64,000 nt of DNA from the human T2T-CHM13v2.0 reference genome, Homo sapiens, in assembly GCF_009914755.1 (NCBI RefSeq), contig NC_060936.1. One strand, given 5' to 3'. Positions 1-15,737 of this stretch are shown here, one piece after another; the first letter of the stretch is position 1, and every line of letters starts with the position of its first letter. Made by a program: the position numbers and the translations under genes. The notes below the pieces were generated by a model that was not told the origin of the DNA, did not search any database, and saw only the letters and a program-made list of their open reading frames with translations.

Positions 1-1489
1 CTGTGTAACCCATTCTAATCACCTCCAAAGCCCACTCTCTTTCCACCACTCCATGATTGAACTACTTGCTTCAGAACTTCTGATACTCTGTGAGATTCTC
101 TTCAGCTTGGGGCTTTGGCCTCTGGAGTCTAAAGAATGAGTTATGTAGAAATTGTGAGTTTAATCCTATCTTAGACTCACGTCTTCTTAATTGCGTTTTC
201 TCTCTTTTTTCCCCATAAGTGCAGTCACAACTTAAATGCTTCTGCAATTGTTGATGACTACACTTACAACATGCCAGATGTTATTTCATTTAAATTATGC
301 CCACACAGTGCAGGTGCAAAATGGAGGCCACAATTGCACAAATTTGGACTTAAGTAGTTCTGTGTTTTCATTTAATCTCTATGCTTGGCTCAATGTAAAT
401 CATTTTCTTCACTTTTTTTTTCTACTTTCTATCTTCCTACTAAACTTTTAAAATATATTACTTTAAAAGTTCTCAAAAGTGAGAATGGTACATATATTTT
501 TTAGAATAAAAAAGCCTTTGCCTCTTAGGTAGACTTTGCATTTTCCCAGACTGCAAAAAGAATTATCTTGCCTATTTTTATTTGAACAAATATAATATGG
601 CTAATCCAGCCATGCTTTCCAAAGAGAATACATGGCCATAAAGCATCAAATATCGATATCAAATGGATCAACTATAATCCCACAATTACACCTCATTTAA
701 GAGCTGAACCCCTCCACGTTTCTCTTAATTTTACTTAAATGTGTTCTCTGTTCATTCTTTCATGCTGTCATGTCCCAAAATGTAATACTTGTAACTTTGT
801 ATGGCATCTGCAGTGGGGGTCTATTGGCTGTTATACCTGAACTAGAAAGAAAAGAAAAGGAAAAAATCTAAAATGTCTATAACAACGCTCATCCTAGGAT
901 ACATGCTAGATCACGATTTTATAGTTTCTGAGCAACTACTGTATTTCATTAAACCCAAGACAAGATCAATTTTATGACACACTATTGTTTTAATTATCAT
1001 TAAGAACACACTGTAAATTAAAATGTATCTCAGTATTTTCTTACTTTTTATACTATGGAAAAAATATTTTTGGACTCAATTTAGACTTGCATTTAAAAAT
1101 GTATCACTCTTGTATATACATTTAAAAAGGACATACAAGAGATATATTTTGGTTAAAGTACTCCTAAAATATGTTCGATTTAGTCTGGCTCTTTGGAATC
1201 ACCAGAATTGTCAATCTTTTTATTTTACCTCAGTATAACATATCCCTTGTGAACTTCAATAGTATTAATAATAAAATGATACAGGATTACCTTCAGAAAT
1301 ACTTTAGTTTTGTCACCAAGATATTTTTCCATGTCAATTACTGCCATTCTGCAGACTTAATTTTGTTGTTCTCTTGGACTTTTCAGAAGATATTATGGAA
1401 TATCTTTTGACAACAATGATAAACCATATACCTTTTTCTCAAATGGTTCTTAAATGCCCTGTTGATATAAAGCAAGGGGTTACGGCTGT

Positions 1490-1895
1490 TGAAGGGTGGC
1501 AGAATATGCCACCCCAAAATATGCCACTTTGGCATAAAGACTATTTTGAGCTAAAGGCAAATTATAAATACCACAGATGCAAGAAGAGCACTCTGACCCT
1601 CCCCTTTCACTGTACAAATGGACTTTATTAAAATAATTATTATCTTCCTTTAGCCTCTGCACAGGGTTTAGCTACTTTTACATAATTGCCTCTCTTTGTT
1701 CAACCTAGTATAAAAACATGTAGATTTGGCCACTTCTTTGAGTCTTCAGTTTTTCATGAAAGCTCTCATGTCATTTAACACTTATGTGAAATACATGTTT
1801 ATGCTCTTCTCCTGTTAATTTGTCTTATATCAATTTAATTCTCAGGCCCAGCCAAAACTCTAAGAAGGTAGAGATAAAATTTTGCTTACCCTACA
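1490..1895 (+). mobile_element. ERV1 solo LTR, MER34-family-like
   Basis: Starts TGAAGGGTGGCAGAATATGCCACCCCAAAATATGCCACTTTGGCATAAAGACTATTTTGAGCT (MER34/MER39-type 5' end) and ends ...CCCTACA. TG...CA termini, with near-matching 4-bp flanks ctgt/ttgt. Confidence 0.75.
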
Positions 1896-3544
1896 TTGTC
1901 CAGCTATGTTCATAAGAAATGACAGCTAAGGTCCCCAAAGCATAGGTAATCGCTTCTACTGCTTGGCCTATGACAATGTTAAGAGGCATCAACATTTTAA
2001 AGAACTTAAAATATAAATATGTACATATAATACACACATAAGCCTCCTTTTCAAAAATAAAATTTGGGTAACCCAATAGCAATCTAAGATTGGCTAGTGT
2101 TATACCATGCCTGGCTAAATGGTTTTATTGGATATCTGTTGCCATGTTTCCATTAAACTAATGAGGTCCACCTATCCAGTGAATTATTATACTATAGATT
2201 TCCTCTCTGGAGATGATAAGCTTAACCATGTGTTCCTTGTTTTTTGAAATCTGTGTCACTTCATCTTTGCATCATGCTCCTTCCTATAATATTTTAACTT
2301 ATACATCCAAATAGTTAAAGAAGCATTCACTAAGTACTGCCCCAGGGAAAGAAGGAATTAACACAGCTAACATTTTATGGTCACCTATCATTATGAACAA
2401 GTGATAGTTTTAGATCTGCTTTTTAAATTAAATCTCAGGAACAATTTAGTATTTATAATTGTCATCTTTAAAATGAGGTAACAAGAGATTGCTTTGGTTA
2501 CATAATTTAATCAAGATAATCCACAGTAGAACTTCTATGTTATAATTGAAACTTTTGATATCCTTTTAACTTCTCTTCCTATTCTAATTCCTTATATGCT
2601 AACCAACATATATTAGTTTTTCTTCTTATTTTTTATGCTATTTTCATTTAATAAATGCTTCCTTTAACATCTCTGAACCACTCCATGTTTATGCTTATTG
2701 AAGTACAAATAAACACTTGATGTTTTATTTTGGGTTTTATGTACGTGGAATGATTATATGTTCATTCCAAACAAGGCCCAATTAATAAAGTCCCTTAAAA
2801 ATCTGATCAAGTTACTTGATCATAGCTAAAATTTAAAATTGCGTAGGAATAGGCAATAAGGATGAAGGACCAATATCAAAGACTATGAATTTGGGGCACT
2901 GTCTTAATATATTCTTAGGAAATACAGTAGTATGTAGGAAGCAGCAACCGATATAGTAGAGGAAGAAAAGGCAGTGTTCCTTTTGAAAGGCACACCCCAG
3001 TAAAATGCTGAGTTTGGCCGTGAGAAAGGCAAAGACTGCTACATCATCTGCTTCTTAATTAGAAAAAATAGCTTTAGAATATAAATACCTTCACTGCCAC
3101 GGAGTTCATTTAGATAGAACCTTTCTTAAATGTAAGGTAGAAGGAATTACGTGCTGGTGTTTTACGTATCAGCAAAAATATTTAGAAAATTTTGTATTTA
3201 AAACCTGCATTATATGAACTGGAAATTAAAATTTAAGTTAAACAGGTAAGCTGATTTTATCTGATCATAAAAAGAGGGAGACTTACGTCTCCATATTTTT
3301 CATTTGCCTAAAAAATATGTACTGATTATTCTCCCTGGATACATTTGTGTTGTCTGGAGATAGGGGATGAAAGGTTGCCTGAGGTTGCATTCTCCATCTG
3401 AAATTAGCAGGACCAATTTTCTTCATTTCCTATAGGGTCTGTAGTATATTTTCCAAATAGAATGCCTGAAGATATTGTTGTATCTAAGTCTTAACATTTA
3501 AAATTTGTCAATGTAGCTATGAAAGTTTGCTACATAGATCAAGA

Positions 3545-4580
3545 CAAGCATTGACTTTTCCTTCTCTATATCTATGAAAGTCTCAGATAGCATCTTATTC
3601 TGATATAAAACTGCTTTGTCTGTATTGAAAATATGTTGTTTAGTGTGGCCACCTTCCTGAGTTGCCTTAACTCCATCTGGATAACTTGCTGGAGTTTCTC
3701 CATCAGCGCGTAATGCTTCATTTTGCACTTTTGTGTTGTGGAGATGGCGTCTTTCCTTAAACTTCATGAACCTTTTTTTTTTTCTGCAGCTTTCGGACCT
3801 CACTCTGCCTTTATGAAATAAAAGAGGGCCTTGCTCTGGTTTAGGCTTTGGCTTTATGGAATGTTGTGACTGGTTTGATCTTTCCAGATCGCTAAAACTT
3901 TTTCTATATCAGTAATAAGGCTGTTTTAGTTTCTATGTTCATTTTTGTGTTAATTGTAGTAGCATTTTTAATTTCCTTCAATAACTTTTCCTTTGCATTC
4001 ACAGGTTGGTTAACTGTTTCAAGCAAGAGGTCCAGCTTTCAGCTTGTCTTGGCTTTCAACATACCTTCCTCACTAAGATTAATCATTTCTAGCTTTTGAT
4101 TTAAAGTGAGAGATGTGTGACTCTTCCTTTCACTTGAACACTTAGAGGCCCTTGTAGTGTTATTAATTGGCCTACTTTCAATATTGTTGTGTCTCGGGAA
4201 TAGGAGGCCCGAAGAGAATGAAAGAGACAGTTAGTGGAGCAGTCAGAACACACAAAACATTTATCTATGAAGTTTACTTAATAGATATGTCTTATATGTC
4301 TTATATGGGTTTGGTTTATGGTGCCCTCAAATATTACAATAGTAGCATAAAAGTTACCTTATCACAGATCACTATAACAGGTACAATAACAATGGAAAAG
4401 TTTGGAATATTGTGAGACTTACCAAAACACGATACAGAGAGGTGAAGTGAGCACACGCTCTTGAAAAATGGTGCTGAAAAATTTGCTTGAGTCAAGGATG
4501 CCACAAACTTTCCATTTGTAGAAAAACAGAGTATCTGCAAGAAGCGATAAAGCACAGCATAATAAAAGGAGATATGCCTA
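3545..4580 (-). mobile_element. Tigger1 DNA transposon fragment (TcMar-Tigger), decayed transposase
   Basis: ORF 3498..3803(-) FMKFKERRHLHNTKVQNEALRADGETPASYP resembles Tigger1 transposase. The right end ...GGAGATATGCCTATA resembles the Tigger1 terminal repeat plus TA. Confidence 0.9.
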
Positions 4581-5654
4581 TACAATTACTGTGTCAGTTT
4601 TTAGAAAACCCCATACTTTCTAGTTACTGTTTTATCATTTCTTCTTTTTTCTAAAAGTTGAGTTTTGAAAAACAGAAGTTTCATTAATGTTTTATTATAT
4701 ATAAATAATGGCCAGTAAGAATATACAAATTAGCCTGGCAAACAGAAAACTGCAATTATTTTATGCCTCATTGGAAGATAGAAGTATCAAGGAAGGCTCC
4801 TGGAGATCAGAATGTGCTTTGAAATTACTCAACACAATCAATAAGCAGTCAGTGGAAAATGTGAATGAGTGCACATCCAAATCTATAATAATAAAATGTT
4901 AGAAGCGAGAGATAATAAATCAGTTTGATCAAAAATACAGATGGATCTGGACAGCTGGAGAAATTATTCAGATTAGAAAGAGATGAGTTCTAATGAAAAT
5001 AATAGTAGGATCATGCATTTGAAGAAGAATAATACATAGCAGAAAAATATAAACTAATAAAAAGCTAAGATATATATGAAGTAATTAGAGAGAACTTTAT
5101 TTTAGTGTATTTGTTGATATACTGAAAAAGAATTTTAAGTCCAGTGTTAAAACAATGAAGGATAATTTTGTTCTAAGTTTCCTAACTTGAACAATTGGGA
5201 AAAAAAGAGAAAAATTATAATGCCACTTAGCTAAACAATAAAATTTTGTCCATAAGCTTAATGGAGATTTTATAAACTTAGCCGATTTCAGAACAAAGTA
5301 GAAATTGTAATAAAACCTTGATCGAGCATTTAGAAAAAATATAAATTCTTGTGCCAATTATATCCTATTTGCTTTGTAGTCTTGACAAGCCTGATTCTCT
5401 CTAGGACTTACTAAAATCATTATAGTAAGAGTTAATGACAAAACTAGAAGTCATATATAAAGGTAAACGATTACTATTAACCTTATTAATATTAGTTTTA
5501 ATATTATTTATTTATAAACAAATACAGTTATGTTCCAGATAAAATACAAACGTGTTCTAGTGAGGGTACTTAAATATGGTTTTATAAAACTTATATAAAA
5601 TATGTTTCATAAAACTCCTGAACACTAAAATTTTAACCTTGTATCTCATCCAGT

Positions 5655-5889
5655 TAGTCAGTGTGGGCTGCCATAGCAAAATCACATAGACTGGTTGTCT
5701 TGAACAACAGACATGGATTTCTCACAGTTCTCTCTTCTTGTACGGACACTAATCTTATCACTGTCATCTACTCTTAAGATCTCATCTAAACCTAATTACC
5801 TCCCAAAGGCCCTACCTCCTTAATCCATCAAACTGGGGCTAGGGCTTCAGCATATGAATTTGGGGGGACACAAACATTCAGTCCGTAAC
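5655..5889 (-). mobile_element. MaLR LTR (MLT1A/B/C-like), internally deleted
   Basis: GGGCTGCCATAGCAAAAT...TTTCTCACAGTTCT, then AATTACCTCCCAAAGGCCC...TATGAATTTGGGGGGACACAAACATTCAGTCCGTAAC. Confidence 0.8.
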
Positions 5890-7759
5890 TCCAGGTGTCA
5901 TTTATTTTTCTCTCTACTCTTTAAGAAAATAAATCTATTGTCTTGGGTTTCTCTCTTTTATGTCCTTTTAGAGTGTCTTTTTGTTTGTTTGTTTGTTTGT
6001 TCAACTATCTCTTCTGTCCTACATAATTGTGCTTATCATTGCCACCAATGGTAATGATTTACAATAGTTTTAATAAGTCATAATTACTATCACTTCTCAT
6101 TTCATGTGATGTCAGGTAAGTGAGTGCTTTCTTGTTTTGTCACTTGCAAAGAAAGGAGAAAAAAATTTAGTATTCATTGTAGCTTCTTCACTTTTATAAA
6201 TGGTGTTTCTTCCTGCACTGCTTTCTGCTGCAGTCCCAGAAGCACTTACTAATTCTGAACCCCTCTCTTGGGTGATTCTCTGAATTGGAAATTGTGACCT
6301 TGAGGCAGTACTGATAGATCACTTCTTGTGTGCTGTGACTCCATGACTATGTTGAATTCCAGAGAAGAGCATCTTTCCTTTGCTCTGGGTGATTCATTTA
6401 TCTCAAGGGTCTTTGCTACTCTTCCCTCATGGGGACAATTTCATGTATGTGACCTCTCTGGGCACTGAATGCAAGTACAAACACATGGCCAATTATATGC
6501 TTACAATATATTCATATAGCTAAGAGGATGGAAGAAGCCAGGTAGAACATATAAATCAAGGAGTCTATTCAGCCAAATAATTTCATGATATAGCATATAT
6601 GGGTCAGAGAATATTTTTGAATAAATCACACATCTTAGAAATTATTAGTAAAACAAATGTTTACTTGAGAATTGAACTTATTTTTTACATTGCTATTTTA
6701 ACATTTGACTATAATACTTACACTAATACTTAAATCAGATTTTAAGGACAAATCAGGATTATCTCATTCAATAACCAGCATCCTAGAGAATAGTTCATTA
6801 AGATTTTTCCTTATTACAAGGGAGGAAACTGACCACATCCCAAGGGCTCCCAGATGATAGGCAGGAGAACCAGGGTTAAGATATATGTTTATTACAATTC
6901 AGAGCAGTCCAAGATCTTAAAAACTGTCTCTACATATTGGGAAAATATTATAGTCAGCAAAAGTCTGAGTCCCTGAGTGTATTTGTGAAGCTAAAGTCCT
7001 GGAGGTAAAAGTGACATTCCAGCCCTCATATTCTACACTGATCAGGCATGAAACAAAAGCCTTGTATCTAGAGTTTGGAAAGTATAGAAAACCCTTCTAC
7101 TCCTGGCTTTTACAGGCATACATTGAAGACCTTGATAAAGTTATTTAGGAAAGTCAGTACATTGCTGACTCTGTCCTGGAAGCACACATTCCAGAAGACA
7201 TGCAATAAATTATGGATTGTTTAAAGGCCCAGTATAATACAATGAAATGACAATCATCCTGAAAACCAAGGTCTTGCTGGGCAAATCCTACACTTGGCAG
7301 CAACTCTCTCCTGACCTATAGGGCTTAGAGCTGTCATTGTATTCTGTTACCTCCATAGTTCATCATCAGTCTCCATTATACTGTGTTATATGGATACATA
7401 AGCACCCTATTTATGGATTGGCTTCATAAAAGAAAATATCACTAAATATTATAAAACAAAAGTAGCCACATTATACTGAGAGTAAACTCAGGAGAAAAAT
7501 CAAAAATGGAAAGAAAGATAAGGAAGAGCAAAACACTTTCATATATGAGTACATATTACATCAAATGTTTCTTTGTAGCCATGGAAGTAAAATGATAGGT
7601 GTTAATGTCAGTAAAACAGTGTTTACTAACTTATCACATAATAAATGATTTGCTTTATCCTAGAGTTTATGGTTCTATCATGCTTTTTTTTGTAAGTATC
7701 AATACCAGTGTTAGGAGCTAAGGATGCTATATTAATCAATGCACTCTATAATACAATTT

Positions 7760-8330
7760 AGTTGTGGGGAGCAGTAACCCAATGCAGACTGTTCCAAACA
7801 AAAATAAAGAGAAGGAGTATTTGGCAGGCATAACAGAGAAGTTCAAGCATAGAAACAGTTTTAGGTATGACATGATATATGTGTTCAAATGAGATAGTCA
7901 AGAATAGCTCACAAGGTAAGTCTTCACTACCGATTTGCTTTTATCTTTGTTGACTTTATTTTTAGTCAGTTATTCTCAAACACAAGTAGTGCCAAGTGAC
8001 AACCAGTGACAGCAAGATGATATTGGATCAGGTAAAAATTTCTTTTTGAGAACATACAACAAACAAACAAACATTCTTTTTATTGAGTTTTAACAAACTC
8101 ATATGTAAGGATCTCACTGGTTCAACTGAGGTAATGAGTCATTGAGAAGCTTAAAGTGCCCTGAATGGCCACACTGGGGTTACATCTATTCCTAAAGCTC
8201 AAAGTTGAGCCAAACTCTCTCAAATCACATGGACTAAGATTGAGGAAAGAATTATCTCTTCCCCAAAAGTAAAGCTTCTTTTACCAAATAAAACCTAAAT
8301 GGTTGCTGGGTAGGCAAAATATTAGGTCTC
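7760..8330 (-). mobile_element. old MaLR LTR (MLT1J/K-like)
   Basis: Degenerate motifs AATCACATGGACTAAGA and GGTTGCTGGGTAGGCAAAA. Boundaries approximate. Confidence 0.5.
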
Positions 8331-9780
8331 CCATATGAATGACACCCGGGGAAGAAATGAAAATGAAAACAATTTAAGATTAATAATGTATGCTCAGAGC
8401 TTAGAGAACCTTTAAACACTATCATTTCCTTTGTTCAGTATTCAGACATGATTTATTGTCAAGCACTGTGTTAATGTTGTCTTCAATTAGCAAAATACAC
8501 TTGAAATTATCAAGATCCTGGACTAGAATGCATCAATTACTTTTACAGCCATGGTTAGTAGACATGCTCTCATGTGAAGCCAATATATTTTTTAGCCAAA
8601 AGAAAGACTGGACCACAGAAACTCAGCCTGTAGAAATTTAAAAAGAGTTGTTGATTATTTGAAATAAACAGAAATAGCAGCAGGCAGCTGGCAGCTAGAA
8701 ATCTGCGATGGGTTGATACCATTTTGGAAAAAAAAATGTCTCTGTAGGACTACATTACAGAGACTAATAGAAAAAAGGTAGAGCTTCAAACACAAAGGCA
8801 TGTCTGAAAGCAGAAACCTCACTTGCTAAAGAGCAGCTTCCAATAACTGCCTGCTTCATAACAGGTTCTGGTCTTTTCAGTCTCTTCCTCCACTATCACC
8901 ATCAGTTTCAAATATTAAAGTATGATAATTATGTTTGCATGCCATAAAGGTGTAAATGCCATGCACACCCTTATGGGAAAACCATCCCATGGACTTAAGC
9001 AATATAATGAAATGACCCTGTCTCCAAAACAACCAACCATACAAACCACAAAAAATAGCAACTACAATTTCATGCCCAAATTCCAGTAATCAAAATAGAG
9101 ATCTTATACCTCAGCCCCAGTTCAATTTAAGACTACTTGGAAAAACATGATTAAAATCATATGAAAAGTACATTGTCTAGTCTGCCTGAAGCCAGGAAAA
9201 TCAAAATTTGAGTGAGAGTTTGTTTTAGTCATAGAAATTATATTAGCAAGCTCTTGTATACATGTGCTGTATCTAGTTTAGTCTCATCACAGTTTAAAAA
9301 ATGTATGAGTGTATGTATATGTATATGTGCCTGTCTGTAGGTATGTATTTATGTATAATATTGTCCTTAATGGCAAAGGTATTCAGTTAGGCTCTTAAGA
9401 ACATGCTATAAAAAGAACAATTCTTATGGTGTAATTTAAATGCAGTATGAGAAAAAGGATTAAGTGCATACACTTTCATTTAGCAGGTTCAGCTAGCTTA
9501 TTTGTGCATCCAACATAAACTCTTAAAAATTACCATAAGCAAAATATAACAGATTATAAACGGTTGCTCATATTAATTTAGCTAAGTACTTGTAATCTGC
9601 CTAAGCGTTATTTAACAGAACATAATTGCAAAACAGTATGATACCTCCAGAGTTTGAAAGACTCTCATGTGCCTAAATCATATTTAGCAATCATAAGGCC
9701 AAAATAGAAAATACTTAAACAGGAGATACTTTTCAATACATGCAGATTTATTTTTCTTCCAAATGGAAAAGTACATTTGA

Positions 9781-10015
9781 TTGAATCAGAAAATCAACAA
9801 AAAATCTCTGGACTTGAATGGGACTCTAGACGGAGCTAATAGCCATTTACAAAAATATTCTATCTAACAGTGGCACAATATACATTTTTCTCATCTATGC
9901 ATGGAATATCCCCCAAAATACACCATATGCTTGGCTACAAAGTTTCAATAAATTCAAAAATATCAAAATTATATCAAGTATCTTCTTGGACCACAGTGGA
10001 AAAAAATTAGAAGTC
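9781..10015 (+). mobile_element. isolated L1 ORF2 endonuclease-domain fragment
   Basis: CAGAAAATCAACAA...ATATACATTTTTCTCATC...ATCAAGTATCTTCTTGGACCACAGTGGAAAAAAATTAGAA (SDH motif region). Flanked by a TACATTTGA direct repeat. Confidence 0.8.
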
Positions 10016-10163
10016 TACATTTGAAATTACTTCTGAAACATAGTTCCACCTCTTGGTATTTTATTTCATTCATCTTTGAAGCAAATGCAAACACAGTAAG
10101 GAAAAAGGAGTAAACCACTGTCTGAAAGACAAAACACTAGTTTTGTAAGAACTAGGCTTTGGT

Positions 10164-11620
<1,457 letters not shown>

Positions 11621-13090
11621 TGTATTAATCTTACTGAAACTGTTCCAAAAAATCGAGGAGGAGGGAATTCTCCTTATCTGATTCTATGAAGCCAGCATTA
11701 CCCTGATTCCAAAGCCAGGCAATGATACAACAAAAAAGAAAACCAGAGACCAATATCATGATAAACATAGATGCAAAAATCCTCAACAAAAAACTAGCAA
11801 ATTGAATCCAACAGTACATCAGAAAGATAATACAGCAAAGTTTTATTCCAGCAATGGAAAGATGCTTCAAAATATACAGATCAATAAATGTGATTCACCA
11901 CATAAATAGAATTAAAAACAAAAGCTGTATGATTATCTCAATAGATGCAGAGAAAGCATTCAATAAAATCCAGTATCTCTGCATGACAAAAATCCCCAAA
12001 AAGGAGGCATTGAACAAACATACTTCAAAATAATAAAAGCCATCTATGACAAACTCACATCCAACATCATTCTGAACAGGCAAAATTTGAAATCATTCCC
12101 CTAAGAACCAGAACAAGATAAGAATACCTACTTTCACCACTCCCATTCAACCTGGTACTGGAAGTCCCAGCTAGAGCAATCAGGCAAGAGAAAGAAACAG
12201 AAAGTATTTAGATTGGAAAAGAGAAATTCAAATTATCTTTATTCATTGATGATATCATCTTATACCTAGAAAACTCTAAAGATTCCTCAAAAAGAATATT
12301 GCATTTAATAAATGACTTCAGCAAAGTTTCAGCATACAAAACCAACGTACAAAAATCCATAGCATTTCTATACACCAATAATGATCAAGCTGTGAAAAAA
12401 ATCAAGAACTCAATCCCATTTACAATAGCTACAAAAAAAAACCTAGGAATACATTTAACCAAGGAGATGAAAGATCTCTACAAGGAGAGCTATAAAACAC
12501 TGATTAAAGAAATCAGAGATGACACAAACAAATGGAAAAACACCCCATGCTCATGAATTGGAAAAGTTAACATCATCAAAAGGACCATACTACCAAAAGT
12601 AATCCTCAAATTCAATGCCACTCCTATCAAATTATCAATGTCGTTTTTCACAGAATTAGAAACAAACAACCCTAAAAATTCAAATGGAACCAAAAAACAG
12701 CCTGAATAGCCAAAACAATCCTAAACAAAAGGAACAAAGCTGGAGGCATCACATTATCTGACTTCAAATTATATTGCAAGGCTATAGTAAACAAAAGAGC
12801 ATGATACTGGTATACAAATAGATATATAGATCAACAGAACAGAATAGAGAAGTCAGAAATAAAGCCACATGCCTGCAAGCAACTGATCTTTGGCAAAGTT
12901 GACAAAAACATACACTGGAGAAAGGACATCCTATTCAATAAACAGTGCTGGGAAAACTGGCAAGCTGTATGTAGAAGAATAAAACTGGAACCCCTATCTC
13001 TCACCATATACAAAAATTAACTCAAGATGAATTAAAGACTTAAATGTAAGACATAAAGCTATAAAAATCCTAAAAGGAAGCCTAGCAAAA
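11621..13090 (+). mobile_element. inverted L1 ORF2 (reverse transcriptase) segment of the same L1PB-like element
   Basis: ORF 12299..12556 [25 protein letters not shown]...[14 protein letters not shown] is L1 ORF2. Its end is nearly contiguous in the consensus with the start of the minus-strand part. Confidence 0.88.
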
Positions 13091-13219
13091 TTAGACTTGA
13101 AATACTAAGAGCTGATTTTGAAATACTGAGAGATACGTTTTATGTTATAAAATACAAAGAAGGAAAAATGTAGCAAAATGATTTTCAAGCCCAAAAGAAA
13201 ATAACGATTTATCTGGGTG

Positions 13220-13340
13220 AGTGGTCCGTGGACAAGCAGCATCAGCATCACCTGGAAAGTTGTTAGAAACTCAAGTTATCAGGCTCCACCCAGGACCTCC
13301 TGAATCACAAACTCTGGCGGTGGAGCTCTGCAATCTATGA
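13220..13340. mobile_element. MER5A (hAT-Charlie MITE) fragment
   Basis: GCAGCATCAGCATCACCTGGAAAGTTGTTAGAAA...CCTCCTGAATCACAAACTCTGG. Confidence 0.8.
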
Positions 13341-13355
13341 TTGAAGACATTTTCT

Positions 13356-13487
13356 GGCCAGGTGCAGAGGCTCACGCCTGTAATCCAGCTATTTATGAGG
13401 CTGAGGGAAGGAGTGTTTCAGCCCAGGAGTTTGAGACCAGCCTGGAAAACATAGTGAGACCCCATCTCAAAGAAAAAAAAAAAAAAA
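13356..13487 (+). mobile_element. FLAM_C / free left Alu monomer
   Basis: Single monomer GGCCAGGTGC...GCCCAGGAGTTTGAGACCAGCCTGGAAAACATAGTGAGACCCCATCTC followed by an A tail. Confidence 0.85.
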
Positions 13488-13511
13488 CACACACAACAAA
13501 AAATACTTTCC

Positions 13512-13752
13512 AGCACAGCACACTGTAGATTATCAGTTGTTCACCATCGTGATCTCTTGGCCATCTGGGAGCTTTGGCTCACTGGCTGCCCAGAACTAGA
13601 AGGGAGTATTGTATCATACAACATATTTTCAGCTTGGGAATATATCACAATTCAAAATTTGAAGTACAGTTTCTACTGAATGCATATTGTTTTCTCACCA
13701 TTGTAAAATTAAACAATCGTAAGCTGAACCATGGTAAGTCAGAGACCATCTG
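13512..13752 (+). mobile_element. MER47/Tigger5-type DNA transposon fragment
   Basis: TTCAAAATTTGAAGTACAGTTTCTACTGAATGC...CGTAAGCTGAACCATGGTAAGTCAGAGACCATCTG followed by TA. Confidence 0.75.
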
Positions 13753-14379
13753 TAGTTGATTTACCTTGAACGAATAATATTTTGAAAATGGGGGCTTATG
13801 AGTTAACTTGTTTTCATTTGTAGAAAAGCAATGGCAGTTTTCTTTTTTTTTCTGTTCCAGTCTGTAACTGTTCATTTTGAACATGGTACCATTAAATTAT
13901 GGAAGATTTTTAAGGACGGAAAGGGTCCCATGATTATACTGTTAATATTTTTAACTTGAAAGATACGGCTATGCATTGATTTTAAGAATTTCAGTAACTG
14001 ACATTTGATAGGTATAAACTGTGCTTCAAGTATTATGCTTGGCCCTTCTCCCTTGCTATGTCATTAATATGCCTGACAACTCTATGGTACATATTATTTT
14101 ATATATCAGAAAAGTATTTTAAAAATTACCAGAGGTCACATTACAGTAAGATGCAAACACAGATGTTTAATATCAAAACCTTATATCTTGAAATCTATGC
14201 TATGCAAGAGTGGCAATAATTGATACCTGAAGAATGTAAATAATATTGACTAAATGCTAAATAGAACATCTGACATAAATTATATATATTAGGTAGTCAA
14301 TAAATACATGTTAAATGAATGGATAAATACCACTCAATTTATATGTACTCACCTGTGTATTTGATTAAGAACTTTACTC

Positions 14380-14630
14380 ACCCACCTTATCTAAATCACA
14401 CTGCCCTTTTCCCCACATCTCTTTATCCTGATTCATATTCCTTCTTCACACTTACCACCACCAGACTTTTATAACTGTTTGTAAACTCACTTGGTATTTG
14501 TCTTTCACACTCATGTGCAAGCTCCATGAGAGCAGGGTGGTCTCTCTAGCCTACTGCTGTATCCTTAGTGTATAGTATGTAGTGGAGGTTTAATAAAAAT
14601 CTCAATAAAATACTTATAAATGAATGAGCA
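14380..14630 (+). mobile_element. L2 3' end
   Basis: TGCAAGCTCCATGAGAGCAGGG...ACTGCTGTATCCTTAGTG...AATGAATGAG. Confidence 0.7.
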
Positions 14631-15589
14631 AGTTTTCTTGCAATTTTCAATAACAAATATTTGTGAATGCATATTCGCCTCCAGCTAATCCCTTTTCCTT
14701 CTATTACATAGACATTGAATACTAAGAAAACATTCCATAATCTTATTCATGGGTCTTAAGGGGACAGTTTCAAAATGTTTACCAGTATATGAATATAGAT
14801 TCTAACTGTTGAATATCCCCCTCCCCTGCAGACAGCAGACAGTCACACTGATTGTTTTTTGACAGTTTTGAAGCTAATAAAGTGCCACAGCAATGTAAGC
14901 TTTCAGAATGGCAGTTGTATGAGTTTCTAGAGAAAGGGGAAAAGTAAAACAGTCAGAGCCAGAGACCAGGTTAAAACAGAAGAGTGATTGGGGATGGGAA
15001 TCACAATATCACCTCTGCCTTTCAAAGATTTATACTACCCTCTTGTGGTAGAGGTAATCCTGAACTCCACTGAGCCACTGTGGAGTGGTCCCTCACACCA
15101 GCTGCTTATCATGGTTAACCCAGCAGAGCACACCAAGTTCCTAGGCCGGGAGCCAATTGCAACAAAAACACAACTCAGAACAAGAGCACAAAATGAAAGG
15201 TTTTAGGACAGCAATTTAACACTCAGCAATTCCCAGGAACCTTTTATTTCAGCAGGCTGGGAAGAATTTTGGTTCTTATTTGTTTTCACCTAGCAAAGAC
15301 ATCTGTTGGCACCCAGAGCTGCAGAAAGTGTCTGCCAAATCCATGATAGTCTTGGCCAGTTTTCAAGGATGTGCTGTACAGTACATTAAACATTATCCTA
15401 CAGGAAAGCAACCTGTGACCACCCAGATCTCTGTACTAAAGACCCAGCCAAAACGTAAAGATTTCTTGATTGGCTGACAGATCATCTTGAGTTGATTTAC
15501 CACTTCAGCTCTAAGAGCAAATGTAACAGCTGCAAGAAATCTCTGTTTTGCTCACTCAGCTTGCAGAAAACACATTTTAGTTTGAGAAC

Positions 15590-15737
15590 ATTTCCTTCCT
15601 TCCTTCCTTTTCTTCCTTCCTTTTCTTCCTTCCTTCCCTCCTTTTCCTTCCTCCTTCCTTCCTTCCTTCCTTCCTTCCTTCCTCCCTCCCTTCCTTTTTT
15701 CCCCTCTCTTCTTTTGTTCATATATATATATATATAT
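15590..15737. repeat. (TTCC)n polypyrimidine microsatellite followed by (TA)n
   Basis: Directly visible. Confidence 0.95.

Noticed and set aside
6108-6125. Perfect splice donor CAGGTAAGT (also CAGGTAAGC near 3243)
   Set aside because: No matching acceptor or exon can be supported. Such motifs are expected by chance in 64 kb.
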